This document shows positions 53,038 through 64,000 of a stretch of DNA of 64,000 bases, piece after piece. Origin of the DNA: Octopus vulgaris (taxonomy: Eukaryota); assembly GCA_951406725.2 (NCBI GenBank), contig OX597816.1:136958001-137022000 (forward strand), given 5' to 3'. Each line of letters opens with the position of its first letter. The first letter of the stretch is position 1. Made by a program: the position numbers and the translations under genes. Under the pieces are notes generated by a model. The model had not been told where the DNA came from and ran no database searches. It saw only the letters and a list, made by a program, of their open reading frames with translations.

Positions 53038-53640
53038 TACAAGGTGTATCCCAGAAGTTTGTAGACTTTTTCAGGAGAGACACAGGATCCTCTGACTTTC
53101 CTACACTTGTAGCACTTCAGCCACTTTGTGATGGCTCCATGGAAATTTCCCAAAGCGAAGGTGTCCAGGACCCTTGTCACAGCATCCTCTACCTTCAAAA
53201 CGGACTGCCTCTGAAGTTCTCCCTCAGCCTGGGGAACAACCGAAAGCTACAGAGAACAAGATCTGGATTGTAGGGAGAATAAGGGACAGTTTCAATGACC
53301 ATCTCTATTAAGTAGTTGGTTGCCAGGATTCTCATCACTGAGCACCCTGGAAATAAACTTTGCATAAATAATTGTGTACAGTTGTGACACCAACTTCAAA
53401 CTGTTTTTATAGACATATGGCAGTCTTCATTCAGAAAACTATGAATTTTCTCAACCAACTCTGTAAGTGTCTGTAATATTATTTTTCCAGTTTGATACAA
53501 AACTTCATTATATAAAGTTTCTAAATGTCCTGACTGCATTCTGCAAACTAGTCAGATGTGACAAGCAGTGTTTGGTAGGGTGTGTTTTCAAAGTGCTCCT
53601 ACAGGTATCTACTTCAATGGGGCAACAAGAATTGGCAGGT
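53038..53640 (-). mobile_element. mariner remnant
   Basis: VEDAVTRVLDTFALGNFHGAITKWLKCYKC resembles a mariner C-terminus; TA-CAAGGTGTATC terminus. Confidence 0.6.
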
Positions 53641-54840
53641 TGGCTTCTTAGATGTATAGTAATGATACACAAAAATTACAGTAATCTTGGACATTTATTA
53701 CTACTTTTTCTAAGAAAGTCTCAAAACCCTGGAATGCACCTTACCAGCATGGAAAATAGATGTTGTGCTTGAAAAGACATGTCAAGCTAAGTAAAAGCGT
53801 GGTTGCCCTTGCATGCAGGCTTGTCCCTTGCAACCCCCACCAGTTGAGCATCCTTAATCTTTTGGGCTTGTAAGTGCTAGTGCTGTGTAAAAAGCACCTG
53901 TGCTAGTGCTGCATAAAAGCACCCAGTACACTCTGTAAAGTAGTTGGTGTTAGTATATCCTTGTAAGTTGGCAAAACTCGCTCGTTAAGATCACATGGAA
54001 TACCAAATATTCGGCATTCAATATCATGACCTGTTATTGGCTTATGAGTCATCACTAAATGTAAACAAGACTAAATTTAACACGATCATTAATTTTAATA
54101 CAATGGCCTAAAGTCAAGGTACAAACCAGAAAACTTCACACACGTACAACATACACCCACACATAACGACTATTGCAGCGGTACTGGAGAGCAGTTCACC
54201 CTTCCGTTCTCTTTATAGTCAGTGCAGAACCTCAAAATATTAGTCAATTGTATTCAAACTTGGTATGCAACCTCTTAAGGATACTATTTGTACTGTTTAG
54301 CATTCTGCTATGTAGAAACGTGTATTTGTTATGACTTATAATCCATGAAATTCAAAATTTGACCAAAAATAGCGATTTTTAAAATTTTCAATTGCATTGT
54401 GGAGCCTGAAAAAAAATTTAACTGCAAAGTTCTTTATATGCATTTCTTTTAATTCTAATTTGCAACAAAATATCGATTCTTGGTTACCAGTTTCGAAAGT
54501 TACATTTTTCGCTCCACCCTAATACACACATGCACACACACACACACACACACACACAGATATGAATATGTGTACACACATAACTGGTGTCTTTCAGTTT
54601 CTGGTAACCAAACTTATTTGTCAGTCCTAGGCTATAGTAAAAAAAAACTTGAATGATATCTTGGGCAAATGTATCCTACTATAGCCGTGGGCCCAAAATA
54701 TCAATTTAAATTGTAACTGTAAAGCTTTTTATTTGATTAATAAAGTACTGGCAAATATCTTATTTATACTAATTGTAATAAACAGTATTATGGTTATGGC
54801 TGTTAAAATAAATATAATTATAATAACAATAACTAGTAAT

Positions 54841-55205
54841 AATCTTGTGTTTGTGAAGGTCATTACACCAGTAATAATAACACATACGTGGGTTCAATTC
54901 CACTTCTTTATTGTTAGTGAATTAGCTAAATATCTAACCAGCTAACTAATCGACTGTTTGTTTAATGAGCTGGTTAAACAGTCAATTGGTTATTTATTTT
55001 TCAAAGTTCTTTCATTGCTATTCATGACTTCTCAATGACTTGTCCTCTCTCTTCAGACTTTCGTTGTTTAACCAGAACATTAAACAAACAATCAATTAGC
55101 TGGTTAGATATTTAACCTATTGACTAACAATAAAGTAGTGATATTCAACCAGTGTGTGTGTTTATTGCTATTGGTGTAATGACCCTTCCAAGATATGACA
55201 AGATT
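54841..55205. repeat. Diverged inverted repeat
   Basis: 54841-54980 complementary to 55065-55205, ~85 nt spacer. Confidence 0.8.
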
Positions 55206-55554
55206 CGTTTCAACACTTGAACTCTCATCAATACTCTTGCAAACCAAATGCAGAAACGAAACTAGTAAAAGAATTGGGTTTTTTTAAACCTTTATGATTA
55301 AAGCGTTACCAATAGTTTAGTCAGTGTTGCTAATAATACTGAAAATATAACAATTATTACTGTTGGTGTTTTTCTTTTAAATTTCAATATCCCAAATATT
55401 TTAAATTTCAATACCTCAAAAGTGGGGAGCATAACTGATAGAGTAAATGGGGGAGCACGAGTAAAACGGGGTGTCTAAAAGTTGCAGAAGTTGATATTTA
55501 GTGGGAATTCATTGCAAAATAGTCTTCTAAGTAAAGAACCATTGGTATTATTCA

Positions 55555-56238
55555 GTGCTGGTATGGTCATGTGCTGCATATGGATGAGGACAGCTGTGTG
55601 AAGAAGTGTCACACCCTATCATTGGAGGGAACCTGTGGAAGAGGTAGACTGAGGAAGACATGAGATGAGGTGGTGAAGCATAACATACAAATGTTGGGCC
55701 TCACAGAGGCAATGACAAGCAACTAAGACCTTTGGAGACATGCTGTGCTTGAGAAGACCCAGCAAGCTAAGTGAGATTGTAGTTGGGTCAATGCCAGTGT
55801 CACATAGTTAACCCATTTACAAAAGAACCCTTCAATCGTTGGGCAATATGCCATGCTTGTGAAGAAACTGTTGAACTGAGTGAAATCGTAGTCATGGCTG
55901 ATGACAGTGCTGGCTGACTGGCACCTGTGCTGATGGCATGTAAAAAGTACCATTCGAGTGTGGCTGATGCTAGTGCCGTCTGACTGGCACCTGTGCCAGT
56001 GGCATGTAAAATTTACCATTCGAGTGTCACTGATGCCAGTGCCCCCGACTGGCTCCCATGCTGGTGGCATGTAAAAGCACCCACTACACTCTTGGAGTGG
56101 CCAGGGTTAGGAAGGGCATCCAGCTGTAGAAACCTTGTCAAATCAGATTGGAGCCTGGTTTGCCAGTTCTTAGTCAAACCATCCAAATCATGCCAACATA
56201 TAAAGCAGATGTTAAACAATGATGATGATGATGATGAA
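55555..56238 (+). mobile_element. RTE LINE 3' fragment, older subfamily
   Basis: WYGHVLHMDEDSCVKKCHTL...GRGR, tandem UTR units, (GAT)n tail. Confidence 0.85.
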
Positions 56239-56564
56239 GATAGATATGTATCTTCAATTAACATAAGTCATATTTATTCATACTAACATAGTTTATGCAG
56301 TTATATTTTTCTTGACCACTTTCTAATTAAACTCTAAATTCTTAGTTTCTGCTTTAACTCTTTAGGACACATCCACCCGGATTTAGCAACATACTACATA
56401 ACTAATATCTATTTTATTTATTAACTTCACTGATTCTAGACTCCTGATCTTAATTAATTTAATATTTCAATTTTGTAATTTTGTTTTAATTGTTAAATGC
56501 AATACATTAATTACTTACCCTAATCACTTTACCCTCAGTCTCCTTCATAGGGCTATTAGTTATA

Positions 56565-57432
56565 CAGGGTGGACCAAAATGATCTGACACATTTGGAGGC
56601 TTAATAAAAGCACAAAATAAGAAATAATGAAAAGAAAAATTTTATTTTCTGAATGTACATATAATGCCATTTTATATATAATATAATGATATAATGAAAT
56701 TAATTGTATACAGTGCTCAGGTGCACCACAACTTGTCAGAAAGTGCATATAAAGTACATGCAGTAATGTAGAAATGTCTGGAAAACGAACAATGTATGAG
56801 TCAGATACATGCTTGTGTGTGTATGGAGGGGAGAAAATCAAGTGTAGTATTGGCGAATCTCAGGAAGCATGGAAGTTTTGAAGGATGCAGTGCTCCGACA
56901 ACTAACAACTGATGCCGGCAGTTTGTTCCATGCTTCAGCAACTCTCAGCGTGAAAAAATGTTTCCTGAAGTCATGGGAGCTGTGCTGTTTTCTTACTTTT
57001 AAGTTTTAAAAATTAAATCAGCTAAATGCTTTCCATCATTGTCAATACACTGTTGGAGACATTCATGAAAGTTGTCGATAACTCTATGGATCATTTCTTC
57101 TGGAATGGTGAAATGTGATTTCTTCTCGTGGGGATACTTAAAATCAAAAGTATTCAGTCATTGCCCTCGATCTATTGATGAATTAAAATGGGCAATTTGT
57201 GTAGAAATAGCAACCATTCCAGAAGAAATGATCCATAGAGTTATCGATAACTTTCATGAATGTCTCCAACAGTGTGTTGACAATGATGGGAAGCATTTAG
57301 CTGATTTAATTTTTAAAACTTAATGAAATAAAATGGCATTATATGTGCATTCAGAAAATAAAATTTTTCTTTTCATTATTTCTTATTTTGTGTTAAGCCT
57401 CCAAATGTGTCAGATCATTTTGGTCCACCCTG
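56565..57432. mobile_element. Fold-back element made of two inverted mariner-family 3' ends
   Basis: TA-CAGGGTGGACC...GGTCCACCCTG-TA; arms 56565-56675 + 57001-57108 versus 57212-57432; CDFFSWGYLKSKVF...GKHLADLIFKT transposase C-terminus. Confidence 0.85.
56676..57000 (-). mobile_element. CR1 3' end inserted in the fold-back arm
   Basis: Matches 60361-60505 (KVRKQHSSHDFRKHFFTLRVAEAWNKLP). Confidence 0.8.
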
Positions 57433-57934
57433 TATATCACTAGCTAAGTATTAATTTTCTGTCTTTACATCTTATTTATTTATCTATTTATTCATAGTCT
57501 CTCTATTTGATTTTTTAAATATTATCCCTTTTTTTCTAATTATCTTCATTTCACCTAAGCCATATTTGTTTTAACTAATATAGTTTATAATTCTCCTGAC
57601 CACTTTTTAATTAAACTCTAAATTCTTAATTTTTACTTTAACTCTTTAGGGCACATGCATTTCTTTTCCCTTGTTTACACACTCTAAGGTCACATGGAGC
57701 AGGTGTATTAGCTGGGAAGTGATTTAAGTTATCCTACCATTTAGCACACTACCCCACCGCTACAAACATCAAGAGTAATCCTCATTATCCTTTGGCTGTT
57801 GGGTAATTGTGAAAGTTATCAATTTTATAGTTTTATTTCCTTTCTATTGTTGTCTTGTGGTTAAATAAATTTTCACCCACTAAATGAAATTTGATATCAT
57901 GGGATTGTTATCCTGGCAGACCACTAGCCTGTGT

Positions 57935-58318
57935 CTCTTTTACTCTTTTACTCTTTTACTTGTTTCAGTCATTTGACTGCGGCCATGCTGGAGCACTGCC
58001 TTTAGTCGAGCAAATCGACCCCGGGACTTATTCTTTGTAAGCCCGAACGGCTAAGTGACGGGGACATAAACACACCAGCATCGGTTGTCAAGCAATGCTA
58101 GGCGGACAAACACAGACACACATACATATACACATACATATATATACATATATACGACAGGCTTCTTTCAGTTTCTGTCTACCAAATCCACTCACAAGGC
58201 ATTGGTCGGCCCGGGGCTATAGCAGAAGACACTTGCCCAAGATGCCACGCAGTGGGACTGAACCCGGAACCATGTGGTTGGTTAGCAAGCTACTTACCAC
58301 ACAGCTACTCCTGCGCCT
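57935..58318 (-). mobile_element. SINE family A, young full-length copy
   Basis: AGGCGCAGGAG head to (GTAAAAGA)3 tail. Confidence 0.85.
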
Positions 58319-58380
58319 AGATAAAATGATTTGCTATATATGACCCTATCTAATTTATTAATGTTATTTAGGTTGTTGTT

Positions 58381-58519
58381 GTACTCAGCTAAGCAATTCA
58401 TCAGGCTGAGAATACATTAATTACATGAAGGTTACATTGTCACTTGAGATTCCCGAGCAACAATGTAACCTTTATGAAATTAAATTGTTCTTGGCCTGAT
58501 GAATAGCTCAGCTGAGTAC
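58381..58519. repeat. Hairpin
   Basis: ~68 bp arms GTACTCAGCT...AGCTGAGTAC, ~80-85% complementary, very short loop. Confidence 0.85.
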
Positions 58520-58977
58520 CCCTTGTGTAATTGTTACATCAGAGAATCAGCTAGCTAAGAAATACATGTAGCCTGGATTTTACCCATTTCACTCCCTCAA
58601 TTTGAATTTTTATTCACATTTCTAACAACTCTATATGCTAATCATGAGCTATACAGAAACTTTGAGCTTATTGCACTTCTTTGTAACTTCAATATGGGAA
58701 AATGTGTGTAGCCTTTATCGCCAATAAATTGTTGTTGTTCCTGACCGTACACTGTCCACTTTTTATTTTCTGCATCTGTCATGCTTGAAGCTTACAAACT
58801 TCCTACTCTTGGATCCTTGGGTCTTACCCTTATATATAGATAAATGTGTGTGCGTTTGTGTTTGTGTGTGTGTGTGTGTGTGTGCTGTGTGTGTGTGTGT
58901 GCTTGTGCGTGTGCATGTGTATGTATATGTGCCTATAAATGTATTTATACATGTATGTAAATATGTATGTGTGTGTG

Positions 58978-59040
<63 letters not shown>

Positions 59041-59157
59041 CCATCCATCCATATACATATACAAATACATATCTATTTATCTATGTATACATACACACAC
59101 ATTGACACTATATATATACATACACACATTATGTATATATATGTATATTATATATAG

Positions 59158-59215
<58 letters not shown>

Positions 59216-59435
59216 TTATATGAAAAAAAAGCAAATAAGTAACAAGGATGTCCAGGTATTAATGAATTACAGCTGTTTCAAGTGGCTCCATTAAATCGAT
59301 CAATGAAAACATGAAATCAGTTTGAACACAACTGCTCTCCTCAGAAGCAGACAACTATATAGATTTCCAATATAAAGGATAAACCATTTCTTTTAGCACA
59401 ATTTACATTACTACTAGAAACCAAAATAATTACAT

Positions 59436-59665
59436 TGTTTCCCTTTGCTATATTTTGGCAGAATGAATTTAGGGGAAAATGTATGTCTAAAGCCTTTTAT
59501 AAATTAGAGAGTAGCAGAGGAAAATAGTGGGTGTCAAAAAAAAAGGAACTATCTCACCATTCCTTTTTCTTGACACCTGATTATTTTCCTCTGCTACTCT
59601 CTAAATTATAGTAGGTTTTAGATATACATTTTTCCCTAAATTCATTCTACCATAAAGGGAAACAA
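59436..59665. repeat. Hairpin
   Basis: ~95 bp core arms (59457-59548, 59560-59651), ~12 nt loop. Confidence 0.85.
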
Positions 59666-59674
59666 AGAGTGCCA

Positions 59675-60500
59675 CAGTGCTGAAATATGCAGATGACATC
59701 AAGCTGTACTACAAAATAAAGAGGACAGATCCTGTACACTATAGATCTTTATTACAATCAGACCTGGACACAATGCAGCAGTGGATCATGGACTAGCAAC
59801 TCAAGCAGGTTGTAGACAAATGTACCACCATGCATTTTGGGAGGAAAAACCCAGCATCTACTTACTCCCTCCACAACACTAATCTCAGAAAGTCTTCTTG
59901 TGAACGTGATCTGGGCATTATTGTCGACAGCGATTTGCGTTGGACAAAACACATTGCTAAAATTGCCAAGCAGGCTGAGGGTGTCTTGGCATCACTTACC
60001 AAGTCCTTTGTGAGCCATTCTCCGGCTGTCTATCTGAGGCCTTATATAGCTATGGTGTGGCCTCACCTGGAATTTGCATCACCGGTCTGGAACCCCTATC
60101 TTGCCCAGGATATTAATCGTCTGGAAACCGTTCAGTGACGTGCAACTAAGAGAATACCCTCCATCAGGCATTTGCCATATTCTGAACGCCTTACTTCCCT
60201 GGACATGGATACATTGAAACTATGGCAACATGGATACATTGAAACTACATCTGGCAACTGACTTGGCAGACACCCATAAAATTAGTAGCCGTCTTACTAA
60301 CAATAACTCTGAGCACCTTTTCAAACTTGACCTGTCTAACACCCATGGATTGTGTTTACAAAGTCAGAAAACAGCACAGCTCCCATGACTTTCGGAAACA
60401 TTTTTTCACGCTAAGGGTTGCTGAAGTATGGAACAAACTGCAGGCATCAGTTGTTAGTTGTCATCAGTTGTTAGTTGTTAGTTGTCAGAAGCATTCCATG
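59675..60500 (+). mobile_element. CR1 LINE RT/thumb fragment
   Basis: KYADDIKLY, LQSDLD, ERDLGIIVDSDL, PHLEFASPVWNPY. Confidence 0.9.
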
Positions 60501-60501
60501 C

Positions 60502-60578
60502 TTCCATTTATGGGCTGTTTCAGAGACGTGCCAAGTAAATATATCATGGCATGTCTCTGAAACGGCCCGTAGATGGAA
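60502..60578 (+). other. 77-nt hairpin (pre-miRNA-sized)
   Basis: 32 bp stem, 13 nt loop; all four arm differences form G.U pairs on plus. Confidence 0.6.
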
Positions 60579-60866
60579 CAAAAAATTTTTGTAATACTTT
60601 CGTGGTATTTTAGTACGTCCTTTTAATGTTTTAACACCTCAAATTTTTATTACACTAATGTATTGTAACTTTTAAATCTAAAATTCACTTTGTTTTATGT
60701 ATCATATCGACATTTATTTATTTATATATATTTTTATATTTATATATTTGGAATTTTTATATCAGTTTTATAAATGTAGATGAATACATGTATATATTTG
60801 ATTTTGTGTATGGTTATTAATTATGTTCTTCTAGTTTCTGCTTGCATTGCCTCCATTCAGATTGTT

Positions 60867-60898
<32 letters not shown>

Positions 60899-61409
60899 CA
60901 TGTGCGTGCGCGTGCGCGTGTGTGTGTGCCTGCTTGTGTGTGTGTGTGTGTGTGTGTGAGTGTGTGTGTGTATATGATGCTAGAGGAATGATGCTAGAGC
61001 TATGAAATCTTGCATGAATTAATTTCAACTCAACAAACACACACATACTCACATCAGTATCTGTCTATCTATGCATCTATCTCCCCTCCTCCTCTCTGTC
61101 TTTCTGTCTGTCTGTCTCTATTTATCTATATTTATATATATATAATAACATAAATAATATATAAACATATGCATATATTCATACATATATGTACATACCT
61201 ACATATATATGTATATATACATGCATATATGGGTACAGGACACCAAAAAAAAACGTTGAACACAATGAGAAACGAAAACATAAAAACAAAAATATGGAAA
61301 TGAACTTTCTTTTTTTTCAAACAACATAAAAACAGAGTACAAGACATACGACAAAAGGAATATTCCCCTTCTTCTGTTGTCTCTGTTTCGTCTACTCTGC
61401 GTATATATA

Positions 61410-61618
61410 CTCTTTTACTTGTTTCAGTCATTTGACTGCGGCCATGCTAGAGCACCGCCTTTAATCGAGCAACTCAACCCCGGGACTTATTCTTTGTAAG
61501 CCCAGTACTTATTCTATCGGTCTCTTTTGCCGAACCGCTAAGTGACAGGGACATAAACACACCAGCATCGGTTGTCAAGCAATGCTAGGGGGACAAACAC
61601 AGACACACAAACACACAT

Positions 61619-61691
<73 letters not shown>

Positions 61692-61792
61692 CACGACGGG
61701 CTTCTTTCAGTTTCAGTCTACCAAATCCACTCACAAGGCTTTGGTCGGCCCGAGGCTATAGTAGAAGACACTTGCCCAAGGTGCCACGCAGT
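61410..61792 (-). mobile_element. SINE family A, 5'-truncated
   Basis: Colinear with 57935-58260. Confidence 0.85.
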
Positions 61793-61921
61793 GACTCTCT
61801 TATTCCTTTCTGTTGAAGAGCATAGGCTCGAAACAAAAGACTTTTTCATTTTCTCCAGTATCAAACTAATACACCTGCTTGTTGTTCATGCACCTGTTTT
61901 CATCTTTTGTTTTCCTATTTC

Positions 61922-61952
<31 letters not shown>

Positions 61953-62049
61953 GGCCATGAGAGTATGTTAAATGTTTAGTATAGCTTTCAATGCCAAAGT
62001 TTGGTGCTAGTCCTTCTAGCTGTCTATATTTTGGTGCAATCTGAGCAAT

Positions 62050-62490
62050 ATGTACATGAAAAAAAAATTCATCATTACTCAAGTTAAATGTTCAGGGCAT
62101 TTACTGGTTGTGACTCTGTGACTGCAATCCCTCCTGATCCAGTGTACTTTGTCTGCCCTCCTTCTAGCATTGTATTGCATGTTATTTTCTGAAGCCCACT
62201 TATATTACAGGTATGTAGCATCCCCAAAGTTCTTTTTTTACCTGCAATACTTTTGTACAATGTGCATAGCTAGTGAGGATGATTGAATAGCTGAGGGGAT
62301 ATCTGAGCAAACCACTATGAACAGCAGTGGTCCCAAGACAGTGCCCTGCAGGAGACTTCTTGTTATTCGGAAATTTCTTTGGAGATGTTCTTGTTGCTAC
62401 TACTTCATAGCTTCTGTCTTTTAGAATGTCATACAGCCACTCCACTGGTTTTCTGGCTTTGTTGAGATGATGCAGTTGATGACATATCAC
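62050..62490 (-). mobile_element. Decayed LINE RT fragment
   Basis: LQGTVLGPLLFIV and TSYA(H)xTKV motifs. Confidence 0.65.
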
Positions 62491-62511
62491 TTTCTGTTCA
62501 ACTTTTATTGA

Positions 62512-62865
62512 ATCATCATCATCATCATCGTTTAACGTCTGTTCTCCATGCTAGCATGGGTTGGACGGTTTGACCGGGGAGCTGGGAAGCCAGAAGGCTG
62601 CACCAGGCTCCAGTCTGATCTGGCAGTGTTTCTACAGCTGGATGCCCTACCTAACGCCAACCACTCCGTGAGTGTAGTGGGTGCTTTTTACGTGCCACCT
62701 GCACAGGTGCCAAGCGAGGCTGGCAACGGCTGCGATCGGATTGGTGCATTTTACGTGCCACCGGCACGGAAGCCAGTCTAGGTGGCACTGGCATTGGCCA
62801 CATTCAGGTGGTGCTTTTTACATGCCACTGGCACAGGGATCACAACTGCAGTTTCTATTGATTTT
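62512..62865 (-). mobile_element. RTE 3' UTR fragment
   Basis: (CAT)n tail and UTR units. Confidence 0.8.
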
Positions 62866-63077
62866 TATGTCTTTTCACAAAATCAAGATATATCCTTATC
62901 CTCGTTTAAGTTTTTGAATAACTATAGGAGTTGTGTCAGAAAGCTTCTTTAGGTTGGAAAACTTGTCATTTTCTTCTAGCAGTATGGTTATTTTCTTCTG
63001 ACTATCCATTCCATGATTTTGCTATGTGAGGTCAATGAGATAGTCCTATAATTTGAAGCAACTGCATTGCTTTAGCC

Positions 63078-63245
63078 TTTAGATTTGTTCTGACCATATT
63101 AGATTTGTACTGATCAATTTTAGATTTGTACCATCCAATTTAAGATTTGTACAGTCCAATATTAGATTTGTACTGACCAATTTTAGGTTTGTGCTGACCA
63201 ATTTTAAATTTATACAGACCAATTTTAGAAAATTTACTGATCAAC
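63078..63245. repeat. ~21-bp minisatellite
   Basis: About 8 copies of TTAGATTTGTACTGACCAAT(T/A). Confidence 0.85.
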
Positions 63246-63449
63246 TTTTTGATACATATTTCTAAATAGAATATCTTGAACCCAAATATTTTTAATATAT
63301 ACACTTATAATCAAGAATTTTACCAATATATTACCATTATATAAATCAAAAGATTTTTTTTAATGAAACTTACATATATATATATATATATTTTATTGAC
63401 AATATATATATATTATGCCACCATATAAGCTTGGCACTTGCAAGAAAAC

Positions 63450-63819
63450 TGTTATGATGTGGTATTTTCCACAATTATAATGTGTGGTCACTGTTGTGAA
63501 TGTAGTTGTTGTATCAGTTCTAGTAGCCACGATATTTCCTTGGTATTCGATACAGTGTATCTCTTCTATACCAGAATGGTAATACACCACTTCGTCTATC
63601 GAGCTGTCGCTGATAGCTCTGCAAGACACCGAACTTGAACTGTCTCTCTTGACTGTGACTTGAACTCGACTATAACAAGTAACTAACACAACTCCAGCTG
63701 AGAACTCATACAACGACTGACACACGGCCCCACTGTACTGGTTGACGTCGTCTCACTTTATAGAGGCTGTTTCATTCCACTAGTTCCGTGGGAGGGGCTG
63801 TACCATTTCCACTACAACA
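63450..63819 (-). mobile_element. Probable solo LTR
   Basis: TGTT...AACA termini, imperfect 5-bp TSD AAAAC/GAAAC, TATAAA on minus near 63760. Confidence 0.5.
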
Positions 63820-64000
63820 GAAACTCTGGAAGAGAAACTAGTCGCTTTGTTTGGGCTCGTTTACATGTTTTCAAAGCGATTGCTGAGAGTTCATGAAGGC
63901 CAGTAGCTGAGTTTAGGCTTATTTTATCTCTAGCCAGTATTATATCTTTCTCAACGCAATCAATCATTGTTGCATATATACATCTGGTTTCGGAACGCGC

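Noticed and set aside
53960-54230. Possible additional LTR fragment
   Set aside because: LTR-like composition, but no matching TG...CA pair or TSD could be established

Overview
AT-rich eukaryotic genomic DNA, almost entirely intronic or intergenic, saturated with (TA)n, (CA)n, (ATAC)n and (CAT)n microsatellites. The SINE/LINE repertoire points to a coleoid cephalopod, most likely Octopus (inference from repeat families; no database search was run). No intact host protein-coding gene is recognisable. Nearly all ORF-track entries are microsatellite read-throughs or transposon fragments. Identifiable content: RTE, CR1 and R4/Dong-type LINE fragments; Penelope-like (GIY-YIG, Naiad-like) elements with hammerhead ribozyme motifs; two tRNA-derived SINE families; non-autonomous Helitrons, including a composite family carrying a piggyBac MITE and a head-to-head pair forming a ~3.7 kb inverted repeat; mariner/Tc1/Tigger remnants; piggyBac-, Tc2- and Mutator-type MITEs; two solo LTRs; a tRNA-Ile(TAT)/RTE-tail chimera; and many long fold-back hairpins. 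A repeat-poor segment at ~46-48 kb carries E2F and YY1 motifs and may be a promoter. A few minus-strand candidate exons could belong to its transcript, but this is speculative. Boundaries of decayed repeats are approximate.
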